Shown: positions 39,350 through 51,886 of the stretch, one piece after another | Layout of the letters: each line of letters opens with the position of its first letter | Numbering within the stretch: position 1 is the first letter of the stretch | Origin: Eledone cirrhosa | Taxonomy: Eukaryota | Assembly (NCBI GenBank): GCA_964016885.1 | Contig: OZ024755.1 | Coordinates: 37,758,001-37,822,000 of the forward strand | DNA: 64,000 bases | Direction: 5' to 3' | Notes under the pieces: model-generated | The model's database searches: none | What the model saw: the letters and a program-made list of their open reading frames with translations, nothing else | Told to the model about the DNA's origin: nothing | Program-made: the position numbers and the translations under genes

Positions 39350-40360
39350 TGCAGTATTTAGTTGAGGGTATATATAATTATTATACAGTATTTAGTTCAA
39401 GGTATATAATTATTATACAGTATTTAGTTCAGGGTATATAATTATTATAGAGTATTTAGTTCAGGGTATATAATTATTATAGAGTATTTAGTTCAGGGTA
39501 TATAATTATTATACAGTATTTAATTCAGTGTATATATAATTATTATACAGTATTTAGTTCAGGGTATATAATTATTATACAGTATTTAGTTCAGTGTATA
39601 TATAATTATTATACAGTATTTAGTTCAGGGTATATAATTATTATACAGTATTTAGTTCAGGGTATATAATTATTATACAATATTTAATTCAGTGTATATA
39701 TAATTATTATACAGTATTTAGTTCAGGGTATATAATTATTATACAGTATTTAGTTCAGGGTATATAATTATTATACAGTATTTAGTTCAGGGTATATAAT
39801 TATTATACAATATTTAATTCAGTGTATATATAATTATTATACAGTATTTAGTTCAGGGTATATAATTATTATACAGTATTTAGTTCAGGGTATATAATTA
39901 TTATACAGTATTTAGTTCAGGGTATATAATTATTATACAGTATTTAGTTCAGGGTATATACTTATTATACAGTATTTAGTTCAGGGTATATAATTATTAT
40001 ACAGTATTTAGTTCAGGGTATATAATTATTATACAGTATTTAGTTCAGGGTATATAATTATTATACAATATTTAATTCAGTGTATATATAATTATTATAC
40101 AGTATTTAGTTCAGGGTATATAATTATTATACAGTATTTAGTTCAGGGTATATAATTATTATACAGTATTTAGTTCAGGGTATATAATTATTATACAGTA
40201 TTTAGTTCAGGGTATATACTTATTATACAGTATTTAGTTCAGGGTATATAATTATTATAGAGTATTTAATTCAATGTATATATATAATTATTATACAGTA
40301 TTTAATTCAGTGTATATATAATTATTATACAGTATTTAATTCAGGGTATATATAATTATG
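39350..40360. repeat. 32-bp minisatellite (about 31 units)
   Basis: TATTTAGTTCAGGGTATATAATTATTATACAG with periodic 34-bp variants. Confidence 0.95.
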
Positions 40361-40751
40361 TAATAGGGTATATACAGTATTTGTAGGTTGAGTGAGTGTT
40401 TCTTAGAAGTGAAATGTCATTTCTTTGATAAATGTATTTTTTTTTTTTATTCCTAGAAAAATCCAAATTTTGTTTTCAAACAAAACAGTTTTTTTTTTTT
40501 TTTTCATAATTTTCATTTTTATTAACACTTCCTCTCTCTTTCTATGTGTGTGTGTTTATATATACAAGAGAGAGAGAGATGTTTCCAGCGTGGGTAGGTG
40601 GGGTTCTCCTAATTGATTCATGTATCCCTTGTAGAAGCTATTACAAGTTTCCTCACTCTTTTTTCTGTCTGTTCCTCGAATGTATTTAGTTTCATTTGTC
40701 TCTGTTCTTAAACATGTTTCCTGATTCTTTAGGTTCTTACATATAATTATG

Positions 40752-40979
40752 TTAACCCTTTAATGTTCAAACCGGTCAAAACCGGCCAGAATTCTCTACC
40801 TCTTTCTGTTGAAACTGGCTGTAACTGGTTGCTCAAACTGATGTTAAGGTATTGTGCTCAAAATAAATACTTTCAAAATCTCATAGATTCGATATTATGT
40901 GAGATAATTATGTGAGGTAAAGCATTTACAATGAAAATATGATAGTATATATAGAGTAATGTGAATGCTAAAGGGTTAA
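40752..40979 (+). mobile_element. TTAA MITE, complete
   Basis: TTAA-CCCTTTA...TAAAGGG-TTAA. Confidence 0.9.
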
Positions 40980-41076
40980 TTATCAACAATTTGACCCTTT
41001 CGTTAACCATATATATTTTTAATGAAAGAGCCTACCTATGATCTTAAAAATAATTTGGAGTGATTTAGTAATAATA

Positions 41077-41979
41077 CTAGCAGAATGGCCCTGTGTTGCT
41101 CGGGATTTGCTCTAGGGTTCTTATATATTTGATATATATTTATCATTATCGGACCTCGTGAAATAAATACATTTGTTTATATTTTGTTATTGTGTATGCA
41201 AAAATATCTGTTCACGAATATATAATTATATATTTATATATATATATATATATATATATTAAAATAACAGATTAAAGTTTGAGCAAAGAATCGTTGCTTT
41301 CACCCTTAACGGGATCTTCTGAAACTAAAATAAAAAAAATCAATTTGTGAATGCAGAAGTAAATATCTCGAAAAACGTTACACACTATATCATCATCATC
41401 ATCATCATCAACGTTTAACGTCCGTGTTCCACGCTTGCATGGGTTTGGACGGGGGTATTCCCACTTGAGGCAAGAGTGATTGTCTTGCTCGCATAGGACT
41501 GTCTGGCAGGTTTTCTACAGTTGGATGCCCTTCCTAACACCAACCACATTTACAGTGTGGGACTGGGAGGTTTTTACCGTGTTGCCTACACGGCCACATT
41601 ACAGCATGGACTGTGTGTTTTTTTGTCGTGACACCTACACGATCTCATTTGTATATATATACACACACACACACTATATATATACACACACGCAGCATCA
41701 TAATGTCGTAATGCAGACATCACATATACAGATAAGATATTATAAGAGCGCAACATTATATCTATGTATCTATCTAAAAAGAGAAAGACTAAGAGAGAGA
41801 GAGATCGCTAAATCGACTCATGCAGTCCCTAGGAATTGAACATTTGAAATTGTTTTTGCTCACAACACTCACAGGACCATAAGTATTACATGTGTAAAGT
41901 TTGAAAAAATCGGTTGGGTGGTTCTCGAGTTTTAGTGATCGGACAGACAGGCAGACATTCTCTGTTTTAGATATATCGA
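41077..41979 (-). mobile_element. Non-autonomous Helitron-like element with nested insertions
   Basis: Minus strand: A|TC start with (GTCT)n, end hairpin CCCGAGCAACACAGGG then CTAG|T; contains an H8 fragment and an RTE UTR (41390-41650). Confidence 0.6.
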
Positions 41980-42124
41980 TAAGTAGTAACTTTCTCATTT
42001 ACTAAATGACATTTGTATATTAATCTATGTACTATACATGCACCTTTGATAAGTTGTAGTGCACCTGAGCACTGTACACAATAATTTCATTATTATATTA
42101 TTAAACTAGTCTTTGGGCCCTGAT

Positions 42125-42744
42125 TTAACCCTTTAGCATTTAGACTGGTCATAACTGGCTGCTCCTACTTATGTTAAGGTATTGTTCCCTAAATAAATAA
42201 TTTCAAAATCTCATAGATTTAATATTGTGAAATAATTATGCGAGAAAGTGTTTACCATGAAAATACAATAGTAAATATAGAGTAATGTAAATGCTGAAGG
42301 GTTAACAAAGTTTCTTATATGATGGAAGAATTTTAGATAAATATAACTATTTTAAAAAAAAAGCATTTTTGAATCATAGAACTATGAATGGTTTAACCCT
42401 TTAGTATTTACATTACTCTATAGTTACTATTATATTTTCATGGCAAAGGCTTTACCTCTATACTATTATATTTTCACAATAAAGGCTTTACTTCACATAA
42501 TATCGAATCTATGAGATTTTGATATTATTTTTTTTTTAGAACAATACCTTAACATCAGTATGAATGGCCAGTTACAGTGCGTTTGAACAGATAGAGGTGA
42601 GAGAATTATTTCCAGATACGGCCTGTTTAACCCTTTAGCATTTGCATTACTCTATACTTACTATAATATTTTCACAGTAAAGTCTTTATCTTACATAATT
42701 ATAAATTCTGGCTGGATATGGCCGGTTTAAATGCTAAAGGATTT
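42125..42744. mobile_element. Three TTAA MITE copies or derivatives
   Basis: 42125-42305 (+), 42393-42630 (-), 42627-42744 (-, internally deleted). Confidence 0.8.
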
Positions 42745-42979
42745 AGGCTGTTTGGTGTCAAATGGTTAGAAGTGACAATTTTTGTATCATGAAAACTGAG
42801 GTAGTTTCTGGCACATTGGTATTGAAAGGGTAAAACAAGATGTTTCCCAAGCATTTCCTTTTAATTTAATTATATTTTTTCTTAAAAAAGGAATATTTTC
42901 ATATTTTTACACATCTGTCAGTGCCATTATTAAAATTGTTGGTTTAAAATTTACTTTGGATTCAACAGTTTATATACAT

Positions 42980-43550
42980 TGTGTATTTGTATGTGTGGTT
43001 GTGTGTGTGTTTTTGTCTGTTTGTGTAGATGTGTGTGTATGCATGTGGGCTTGAGTGTGCATTAGCGTGGAAGCATGCATGTCCTTGTGTGTTTGTGGGT
43101 ACATGTGTGCATGTATATTTGTGGATGTGTGTATGTGTGTGTTTATGGATGTGTATATTTGTGTGTACCTGCAGAGGTGTGTGTGTGTGTGTGTGCATGT
43201 TTGTGTGTATGTTTGTGTGTGTGTGTGCACTCATTTGTGTCCGTGACCGTGTGTGTGTGTGTGCATGTGCGCATATGTTTGTGTGTGTGTGCACACATTT
43301 GTGTCCATGACCGTGTGCATGTGCGCATATGTTTGTGTGTGTGTGCACACATTTGTGTCCGTGACCGTGTGTGTGTGCATGCTTACATATGTTTGTGTGT
43401 GAGTGTATGTGTTTGTGCGTGCGTGTGTGTGTGTGTGTGCACGTGTTTGTGTGTTGATGTATGTGAGGGTGTGTTTAAGTGTTTGCCTGCATGTGTGGGC
43501 TTGCACATGTGTTTGTATGCCGGCACGTGTGTATGTGGATATGTGTGTCA
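42980..43550. repeat. Degenerate (GT)n tract
   Basis: Direct inspection. Confidence 0.9.
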
Positions 43551-44249
43551 TACTTTCACTATACTTTCCCATTCTTCAAAACATCTACTAGTAAATTCTA
43601 CAGAAGCCCTGTCAGCTCTGTCAAAACTTCATATGGCTGGCAGGTTACATTATCAGGGATTTTTTTGCTATTTCAAAACACTTTTACTGAATTCTGCCCT
43701 TCTTTCTTCTTTCGCTAGCTACATAGGTACAGTAGATGAATGACTATAGTACTTTATTACTGATTTTTAACCCTGATTTTTAACCCATATTTGTAATGAA
43801 AGGAACTGCCTAGGATTTTCCAATGATTTTGAAAATAATCAAAAATTTGGAAGAATTTAGGTAATATAGCTGAAATTTTGATTATTTATTTGGTGTTTGG
43901 AACATAATTTAAAGAAGGTTCTCACGATAAATTATGATGGGATTTTTTCAATTTAAAAAAAAAAGATTGTTTAGCTAAATATAACCACTTTAATACTTTC
44001 AATACCCTATTTCTAATGAAAGACACTATGATTTCCAAGGGAGAGGGAGAGAGGAGTCCTATTTGGTGAGGGGAGGGTGATCTATTTGATAAATGGGTGC
44101 AGGGCATTCACCCCCCCCCCCCAACCACCACCATCCTCCGATAAATCCATCCCTGGTCTGTGTAATACTCTGTCATTCAGTTAGTAGTAGTTCTATTGAT
44201 TAAACAACTGGAATACTCATCATCAAAACTGATGAAGGAGCCATTTGCC

Positions 44250-44327
<78 letters not shown>

Positions 44328-44481
44328 TTAAGGGTACTATTTATGGTTATGTATATACTAAAACCTTTTATAGTTATATATATTTTAAACCCTAAACAGT
44401 GAAAGACAGTAATTTATTACTACCTTATTACCAGTAAGATAAATAGCTCATTTATCAGATAAATTTCTATATATATATATG

Positions 44482-44700
44482 TGAAGGCGTGTGGCTGAGT
44501 GGTTAGAGAATCGGATTCGCAATCGTAAGGTTGTGAGTTCGATTCCTGGATCAGGCAATGCGTTATGTCCTTGAGCAAGACACTTTATTTCACGTTGTTC
44601 CTTCTACCTGGAGTTGCGACCGATAGATAGTATTAGCAATTGGAAAGACCAACGGAAACATTGTTCCCTCGGTCCGATTTGACGAAAGTCGATCGTTCCT
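44482..44700 (+). mobile_element. tRNA/CORE-like SINE family B in (TA)n
   Basis: TGGCTGAGTGG, GTTCGATTCC, TGTCCTTGAGCAAGACACTTTA, hairpin-rich tail. Confidence 0.85.
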
Positions 44701-44749
<49 letters not shown>

Positions 44750-45196
44750 GTTGGCTGAGTGGTTATGGTGGGAGAGGAACAATTTGAATTTCATTTCCTG
44801 CCATCGCGTAAATTTGTATATCAGTTGCCAATCAGGAGACGGCATTGAGTTGTGTAGAGATTCCAGTTACCAATGTTTTACTGTGTTGGCCATCACATAC
44901 TGTACAGTCATAGCCAGCATGGACTGGAGTCAAATTCTGTCGATCGATTGGTTATTGATTAGGCGAAACCTGGTGACAATGCCACGTGCCGATTGTGCAT
45001 TGTTGCATAATATATACAGACAGAGGATACCCGTTTACGTGTGTTGTATCGAAGCGAATAACTATGTGGATACTCTGGGAGTTTGTTTAACCTTACCTAT
45101 TGAGTACGCTGAGATGCAACCGGTCCTAGCAGTGATACCCATGCTAGTTCCGTCAACCTATTATATATAGAGATAGATAGGTGGATATATATGTAT

Positions 45197-45545
45197 ATCA
45201 TCATCATCATCATCATCATTTCATTTTACGTCCGCTTTTTCCCTGCTTGCAAGGGTGGAACGGGAACTGACTCTGGCTTGATTTCTACAGCTGGATGCCC
45301 TTCCTAACACCAACCTCATTTACAGTGAGTGCTGGGTGATTTTTTGTCGTGGCACCTCCATGACCACTTTGCAGTGGGATGATATGGACCCCAGTCCCTA
45401 TCATCTCATTTCTACAGCTGAGTAAACTGGATCAATGTGAAATAAAGTGTCTTGCTCAAGGAAACAACACATCACCTGGTCTGAGAATTGAACTCACAAC
45501 CTTTCGATTGCAAGGCCAATGCTCTAACCACTAAGCCATGTGCTT
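45197..45545 (-). mobile_element. SINE C
   Basis: Near-identical to 26361-26698. Confidence 0.85.
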
Positions 45546-45899
45546 TCCTGTCAGAAATATATCTATAAACTCCTGTTGCACATTTTCCCCAATGAAAGTA
45601 CAAGAAAAAACCAGGGTGTGACTTAAATACTAGACATACAAAACCTCCATTCAGAATATATATTACATTGTTAATGTTGTATGGAGGTGTGACATATCTA
45701 CTGGTGCAACATATCTGCTAGTGTGACTTATATACAATATATATGGTACTTTTTGTAAACTCAGAGATATACAGTGTCATTAGCTTTCTTATACAAGAGT
45801 GGGGTTGGCTGGTTCTTCAAATTTATGTCTTTTATGAATTTTGGAGAAAATATTTTTACTTCTGATTGATTTAGATGTATCATCAACCATATAATGAAA

Positions 45900-46590
45900 A
45901 TCATCATCATCACCATTTTAGGTTCATTTTTCTACACTAACATGGGTTAGACGGGTTGTCCTGTTGTGGCCAATGCTAGGTCAGGTGACCATGTCTTGCT
46001 CCTAGAGGACCGATTTTAACTTGATTTCTACAGCTGGATGCCCTTCCTTACACCAACCTCATTTACAATGAGTACTGGGTGCTTTTTGTCGTGACACCTA
46101 CATGACCACTTTACAGAGTGGACTAGGTGCTTTTTGTCGTGACACCTACACAACCACTTTACAGAATGGACTGGGTGCCTTTTGTTGTGACACCTACATG
46201 ACCACTTTACAGTGTGGACTAGGTGCTTTTTGTTGTGACACCTACACAACCACTTTACAGAATGGACTGGGTGCCTTTTGTTGTGACACCTACATGACTA
46301 CTTTACAGTGTGGACTGAGTGCTTTTTGTTTTGACACCTACATGACCACTTTACAGTGTGGACTGGGTGCTTTTTGTATTGACACCTACATAACCACTTT
46401 ATAAAGTGGGCTGGGTGTTTTTTGTCGTGACACCTACATGACCACTTTACAGTTGGAGGGTGGGGTGGGGCATACTGTATATATGTGTCAGCTTTGGCCT
46501 GTGCCCATAGGAAGTTGGGTCTTCTGTATTTCTGTGTAGCACCAGAGATCTTGGTCCTGTTTCATCACCTTTAAGAGGTGCATTTGGGCA
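45900..46590 (-). mobile_element. RTE 3' fragment with 48-bp UTR tandem (8 units)
   Basis: GACACCTACA at 46093, 46141 ... 46429. Confidence 0.85.
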
Positions 46591-47571
46591 CAATAATTAA
46601 TTTTAGACATCATCCTCAAGCAATAGTCAAGCAATTTGACATGAAGGCATGCTGTTTAATGATTAGCGTTGGGCTCATAATAAAGTTGTGAATTTGATTC
46701 CCAGACCAAGTGGCACATTGTATTCTTGAGCTGGACTTTGTTGTGCATGGCACTTTATATTACTTCAGTCCAGTCAGCTAAAAAATGGATACCATCAGTA
46801 ACAGCAGCTTAACTGTGTTATTGGCTTGTATTCTCAGTGGCTTAACAACAATGAAAGTGAGATTAGCTTCGGCCTGATGAGATAAGAAGCTTGGGAGCTT
46901 GGGACAGGCTTTAACTAACAACATTGTAATTGTTTGACCACAGTAATGCTATCCCCCCCAAGGATGGAGGGGTGGTGGTCTTGTACACTCTGTTGTTTGA
47001 ACTCAGGATAAGATCCAGCCTGATGAGCCTCTGGTCTTAAGACTGACTTTAACAAACTCATAGGATGTTAACCATTCAACTACAGTGATGCTATCACAAT
47101 TCTCACTCCCCTCTTTCGCTTTCTCTCTTCCTATATAAGTATGTATATATAATATATTTCACTACCACACATAACAGTTAAATATATGCAGCATACAGTC
47201 TGCCAGTTTTATGCTGAAAGAATTCCTTTGTAAGTCCTCTAAACATATGAAAAAAAAAAAAAGAGAGAGAGAGAAAATCTGTAAAGTTATTTTAGCTCTA
47301 TTAAACACTAACCCCTCTACATTATTGGTGTTTCTACTTTTAGTATTTCCTTGATTTACTGAGATAACAAAACGTATCTGCTGCAAGCTATGATTCTGAC
47401 AGATGGTTCAACTAACCACTCTTATTCACTGTTGATTTTCAACATTTCAAATCTGACTGCAATGTCAGCCAGCCAAGAAACAACTCTGCAACTCTGTTGC
47501 ATTATCTTCACTAGATACATGCTATTTAGCTATATCCATCATACGGCTATGATCTCTTAACTCTGGATAGA

Positions 47572-47757
47572 GTTGTAGGGGAATTGTCATGAAATATGGC
47601 ATAGAGGAACTGTTGCGATATATGGTGTAGGGGAACTGTTGTGATATATGTTGTAGGGGAACTGTTGTGATATATGGTGTAGGGGAACTCTTGCAATATA
47701 TGGTGTAGGGGAACTGTTGTGATATATGGTGTAGGGGAACTCTTGCAATATATGGTG
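47572..47757. repeat. 26-bp minisatellite
   Basis: ATATGGTGTAGGGGAACTGTTGTGAT repeated about 7 times. Confidence 0.85.
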
Positions 47758-48134
47758 GCATACCTTCGGCATTTAACCCATTAGCATTTAAACTGGCTGT
47801 ATCACTCCCCATTAAATTACATGTATTGAGAGAGGGCAACAACTCCAACAAGTGCTGTAAGCAGTGTTGCAGCGTGGCTGAAGTGTAATAACCTAAAACA
47901 AAAGATGGGAAAAATGAAAGAGTTTGAATGAAAATGTTTGACATTCCACACCATCCGCTGTTCACTATATGTTAGGTCTTGTCAAAGATAAACATTTCTT
48001 CTCTGAATGATGAAAACAATACACAGTGGTCTTTGTTGGTGAGTCACATAACATTCCATAGTTTTGACAGACAATTGCTGGTGTGAACAGTTTATTACTA
48101 ACATCTCATCAAAGGCTAGGGAGCAGCAAAATTC

Positions 48135-48340
48135 TAATAATTGTTTCTACTTAAGGCACAAGGTCAGCAATTTAAAGGGGAGAGGGAGGGAAGTCGATTA
48201 AATTGACCCCAGTGCATTACTGGTACTTTATTTATCGACCCCGTAAGGATGAAAGGCAAAGCTAACCTCGGCGGGATTTTAACTCAGAATGTAAAGGGTC
48301 ATAACTTTATGCTGCGATGCTCTACTGATACCGACAGTTC
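48135..48340 (-). mobile_element. SINE A
   Basis: Reverse complement core and B box. Confidence 0.8.
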
Positions 48341-48378
48341 TAATAATATTCACATGAATAACCAATTTGAAAAAACAT

Positions 48379-48725
48379 GGAGGCACATGGCTTAGTGGTT
48401 AGAGCATTGGCCTTGCAATCGAAAGGTTGTGAGTTCAATTCTCAGACCGGGTGATGTGTTGTTTCCTTGAGCAAGACACTTTATTTCCCATTGCTCCAGT
48501 TTACTCAGCTGTAGAAATGAGATGAAAGGACTGGGGTCCCTATCATTCCACTGCAAAGTGGTTGTGGAGGTGCCACGACAAAAAATCACCCAGCACTCAC
48601 TGTAAATGAGGTTGGTGTTAGGAAGGGCATCCAGCTGTAGAAATCAAGTCAGCATCAATTCCCGTCCCACCCTTGCAAGCAGGGAAAAGTGGACGTAAAA
48701 TGAAATGATGATGATGATGATGATG
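48379..48725 (+). mobile_element. SINE C: tRNA head, CORE-like centre, RTE-derived tail
   Basis: TGGCTTAGTGG, GTTCAATTCT, CCTTGAGCAAGACACTTTA; tail matches the RTE UTR near 23277-23430; (GAT)n. Confidence 0.85.
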
Positions 48726-49450
48726 ACCTAACTTTGGCATCACATTATAAAATGAGATACCAGTTAACATTAATCATTGGGGGGTGTTTGGAGACAAATG
48801 GCTCAGTAGATGAGTGGAGTATTGCAGTGGATAAGAATATAGTGAGTGATGAATATTTTAACCCTTTAGCATTTAAACCGGCCATATCCAGCCAGAATTC
48901 TCTCCCTTCTTTCTGTTTAAACCTGCTGTAACTGGCCACTCATACTTATGTTAAGGTATTGTATATAAGGCAAATGTATATAAGTTAAGCATGTTTTAAT
49001 TGTCTCATCTTGATTAAAATGTATTAGTGTTAATTATGTCAGCTAACATCAGATTAAATTCCAATATACTCACCTTCTTGTCTGGCCATAGTTTATCTTA
49101 AAAGTCTAATTTGGTGATGGTTAGCTAGGTTTATAAATAACTGTAATCAACACTTTATCTATTTATTCTACTGCAGTAAACTATGTAGTTAATTCAGGAA
49201 GTAATTTCAATGATTGTTGTCCCTTCCCCTACTGAATATCCATCTTGTTCCTGCCCCCTATCACACATGATCTCATCCCCACCCAAGCTCTTTTTATAAT
49301 TTCTCCTCTTTCTCCTTCCTGTTCCCTTATTCAACTGTTGTTATTGTTGTTGCTGTCTCCCCAACAGAATTGAAGTTTAGAGGAACAAGATTAATTCTAC
49401 AAATGTTTAGATACTGGAAGGAAGTAAACCTCTATTTAGACAGGGAAGTG

Positions 49451-49482
<32 letters not shown>

Positions 49483-50528
49483 GTGTGTGTGTGTGATCAT
49501 TACATCTGCTTTTCCATATGTGCATGGAAAATAATTCCTTCCAGTACAGTGGGGTCTCTCTACTTGGGTTTTTCCTTTGTCACCTGTGTGTGTGGAGTTA
49601 CAAACATGTGGGAATGCACTAAACATGTGTATTTTTATTCGTGAGATTATTCTTTGTTGCTATTCTAACTTTTCTGACTATATGTCGGTGTGACTGTCTG
49701 GGAAGGCTGTTTGTTCTCTCTCCATTTTTGAGGATATTCTAAGAAACCATGCAATTAACAAAGATAGAGGGCTGGATTTATTGAGTGCAGAGGGGTGAAA
49801 ATGCCCTGGGCATCCCTTATCATACAGGGTCCTCTCTAGGAACAGCCCTGGGTGCTCCAAACCTGGACTGCCTTGATCCCTTCAAGATCTAAATACAGCT
49901 CTGAAAAGATACTTGCTGCTAATTTGTTTTATAAACAAACAAACAACTAATTATCATCATTGTCATTTAATATCCATTTTCCCCACTAGCAAGTCAGTAC
50001 TTAAGTGGTACCTCTGACGCCTTGGACCTCTAGGGGTGGCCCGAGGGGGCTGGTCTGACATTGGGTCCTACTCTCTACTGAGTGCATTTTATTGTGGCAC
50101 CAACAATAGGAAAATGTCATAGCTGATGAGTTTTCTCAATCCTTTGTTTGGCAGGTTATCTATGGTTGGATGCCCTTCCTATCACCAACCACTTTACAGA
50201 GTGTACTGGGTGCATTTATTGTGTAAATCACTGACACTAGAGAGGCTGTCATGCCTATGACATAGCTGATGAGTCCTCCCATCTGTAGGATAGCAAGGGT
50301 TCTTCAGTTGAGCCAATGATAACTATTGACGGTTTCATGATAAATGCACCCAGTACACTCTAGCGATAAGAAGGGCACCATGCTGTGAAACTATGCCAAA
50401 AGGGTTGAGAGAACTGTTAGTTGTGTTGGGCATGACAATCTCTCTATTGTTGGTGAACTACAAGATAAACACACCCTGTACAAACAAATAGAACATAATT
50501 ATCATAGCTTTACATTACTGTTCTTTGA

Positions 50529-51202
50529 TATTTAAACCAGCCATATCCAGCCAGAATTCTCTTACCTCTTTCTGTTCAAACTGGCTGTAACCAGCCACTC
50601 ATACTGATGTTAAGGTATTGTTCTCAAAACAAATAATATTAAACTTTCATAGATTCGATATTATGTGAGATAGTTATGTGAGGTAAAGCCTTTACCATGA
50701 ACATATAATAGTACATCTAAACTATAACAAAGTAAGGAGTGCGGGACTACGTACAGTTTATAATTTTTTATCCCATTAGTAAAATAAGTTGGATTACTTT
50801 GAATAAATAATGAATGAATATTACATAATTCATCTACTCAATTTCGTAGCTGTTGATTAAATATATTTTATTGTTTATTTAAAGATTCACTTCTTTAACA
50901 TTTTCAAATGTCAACACTTCCGGTTAGCGATCGCTTAAATAAACATTCATATATTTCCGTCACTAATTTTCTCCTAATGCAGTTTATATATAATATCGTC
51001 TTTTTTTAATATATCATGGATTATGTTACTGATAACAGAAGAGAGTGTAACACAGTCTTCGTTCAATTTCTGTGTATATTGTCAATTATGTTTTTATCAT
51101 ATCTACATGCATATAATATCAATATGCACACTTCACATGCTAGCAGAAAACCACCCTTCGGGTGGTTTTTCTGCTAGTATATTGTAAATGCTAAAGGGTT
51201 AA
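50529..51202 (+). mobile_element. TTAA MITE interrupted by a Helitron
   Basis: MITE body to 50715; right end TGTAAATGCTAAAGGGTTAA after 51178. Confidence 0.8.
50716..51177 (+). mobile_element. Non-autonomous Helitron-like element
   Basis: A|TC...CTAG|T with no TSD; terminal hairpin CTAGCAGAAAACCACC-CTTCGG-GTGGTTTTTCTGCTAG. Confidence 0.75.
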
Positions 51203-51269
51203 AAGTCTTCGCTGCAGGCTTCCCTTCCCAGCTCGAGTCGGTGGGGCTGGACCAAGGGGACAACAACTT

Positions 51270-51730
51270 TCTCCAGCTGCAACCTGGTGCAGTCTGCGAC
51301 TAACCCAGGTTCTGCTGCACATCGGGCTGAGGAGGCCAAACTCTCTAAGTACCAGTCGCTCTCCGACAGGTTCGCGGTCGTACCCTTGGCACTGGAGACT
51401 TCTGGTGTCCTTGGCCCTAGGGCTACCTCCCTACTCACCACCATAGGCGCTGAGCTGGCTACCCTTAACAGTGGAGACTTCTGGTGTCCTCGGCCCTAGG
51501 GCTACCTCCCTACTCATCACCATAGGCGCTGAGCTGGCCAGCCACAGGTGTGAGCCTCGCGAGTTGGAATGGCTCTTCCAGCGCATCTCCCTTGCCGTCC
51601 TCCGGGGAAACGCCTTCTCCATTCTGTGCGCCGGGGCTGTGGGGAGGCCACCAATATGATTGACTGACTTGTCATTTTGTCAGTCAACCTGCTATTTGTT
51701 TCAATATATCTATTTATGACAACAACAACC
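51270..51730 (+). pseudogene. CRE-like (restriction-like endonuclease) non-LTR retrotransposon 3' fragment
   Basis: AEEAKLSKY..FAVVPLALETSGVLG..LFQRISLAVLRGNA motifs; internal duplication of about 70 bp. Confidence 0.75.
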
Positions 51731-51742
51731 TCAGCAAGTGTA

Positions 51743-51886
51743 AATATTGAATCTATGGGATTTTGATATTATTTATTTTGAGAAAAATACCTTAACATCA
51801 ATATGAGTGGCCAGTTACGGCCAGTTTGAACAGAAAGAGGGGAGAGTATTTTGGGCCGGATATGGTTGGTTTAAATGCCGGGTTAA
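51743..51886 (-). mobile_element. TTAA MITE fragment
   Basis: Reverse match to the MITE left half. Confidence 0.75.

Noticed and set aside
44410-44466. Possible degenerate hammerhead on the minus strand (AATTTAT-CTGATAA..ATAAATT)
   Set aside because: Core mutated and GAAA absent
44482-44560. tRNA genes
   Set aside because: A and B boxes are present but are SINE heads with no closing acceptor stem
44749-45158. Possible solo LTR (TGTTGGC...GTCAAC) in (TA)n, and the overlapping 176-aa ORF
   Set aside because: No terminal CA, no second copy, no recognisable protein
46874-47026. Two CTGATGA motifs (others near 44229, 50123 and 50266)
   Set aside because: No properly placed GAAA, stem III or stem I
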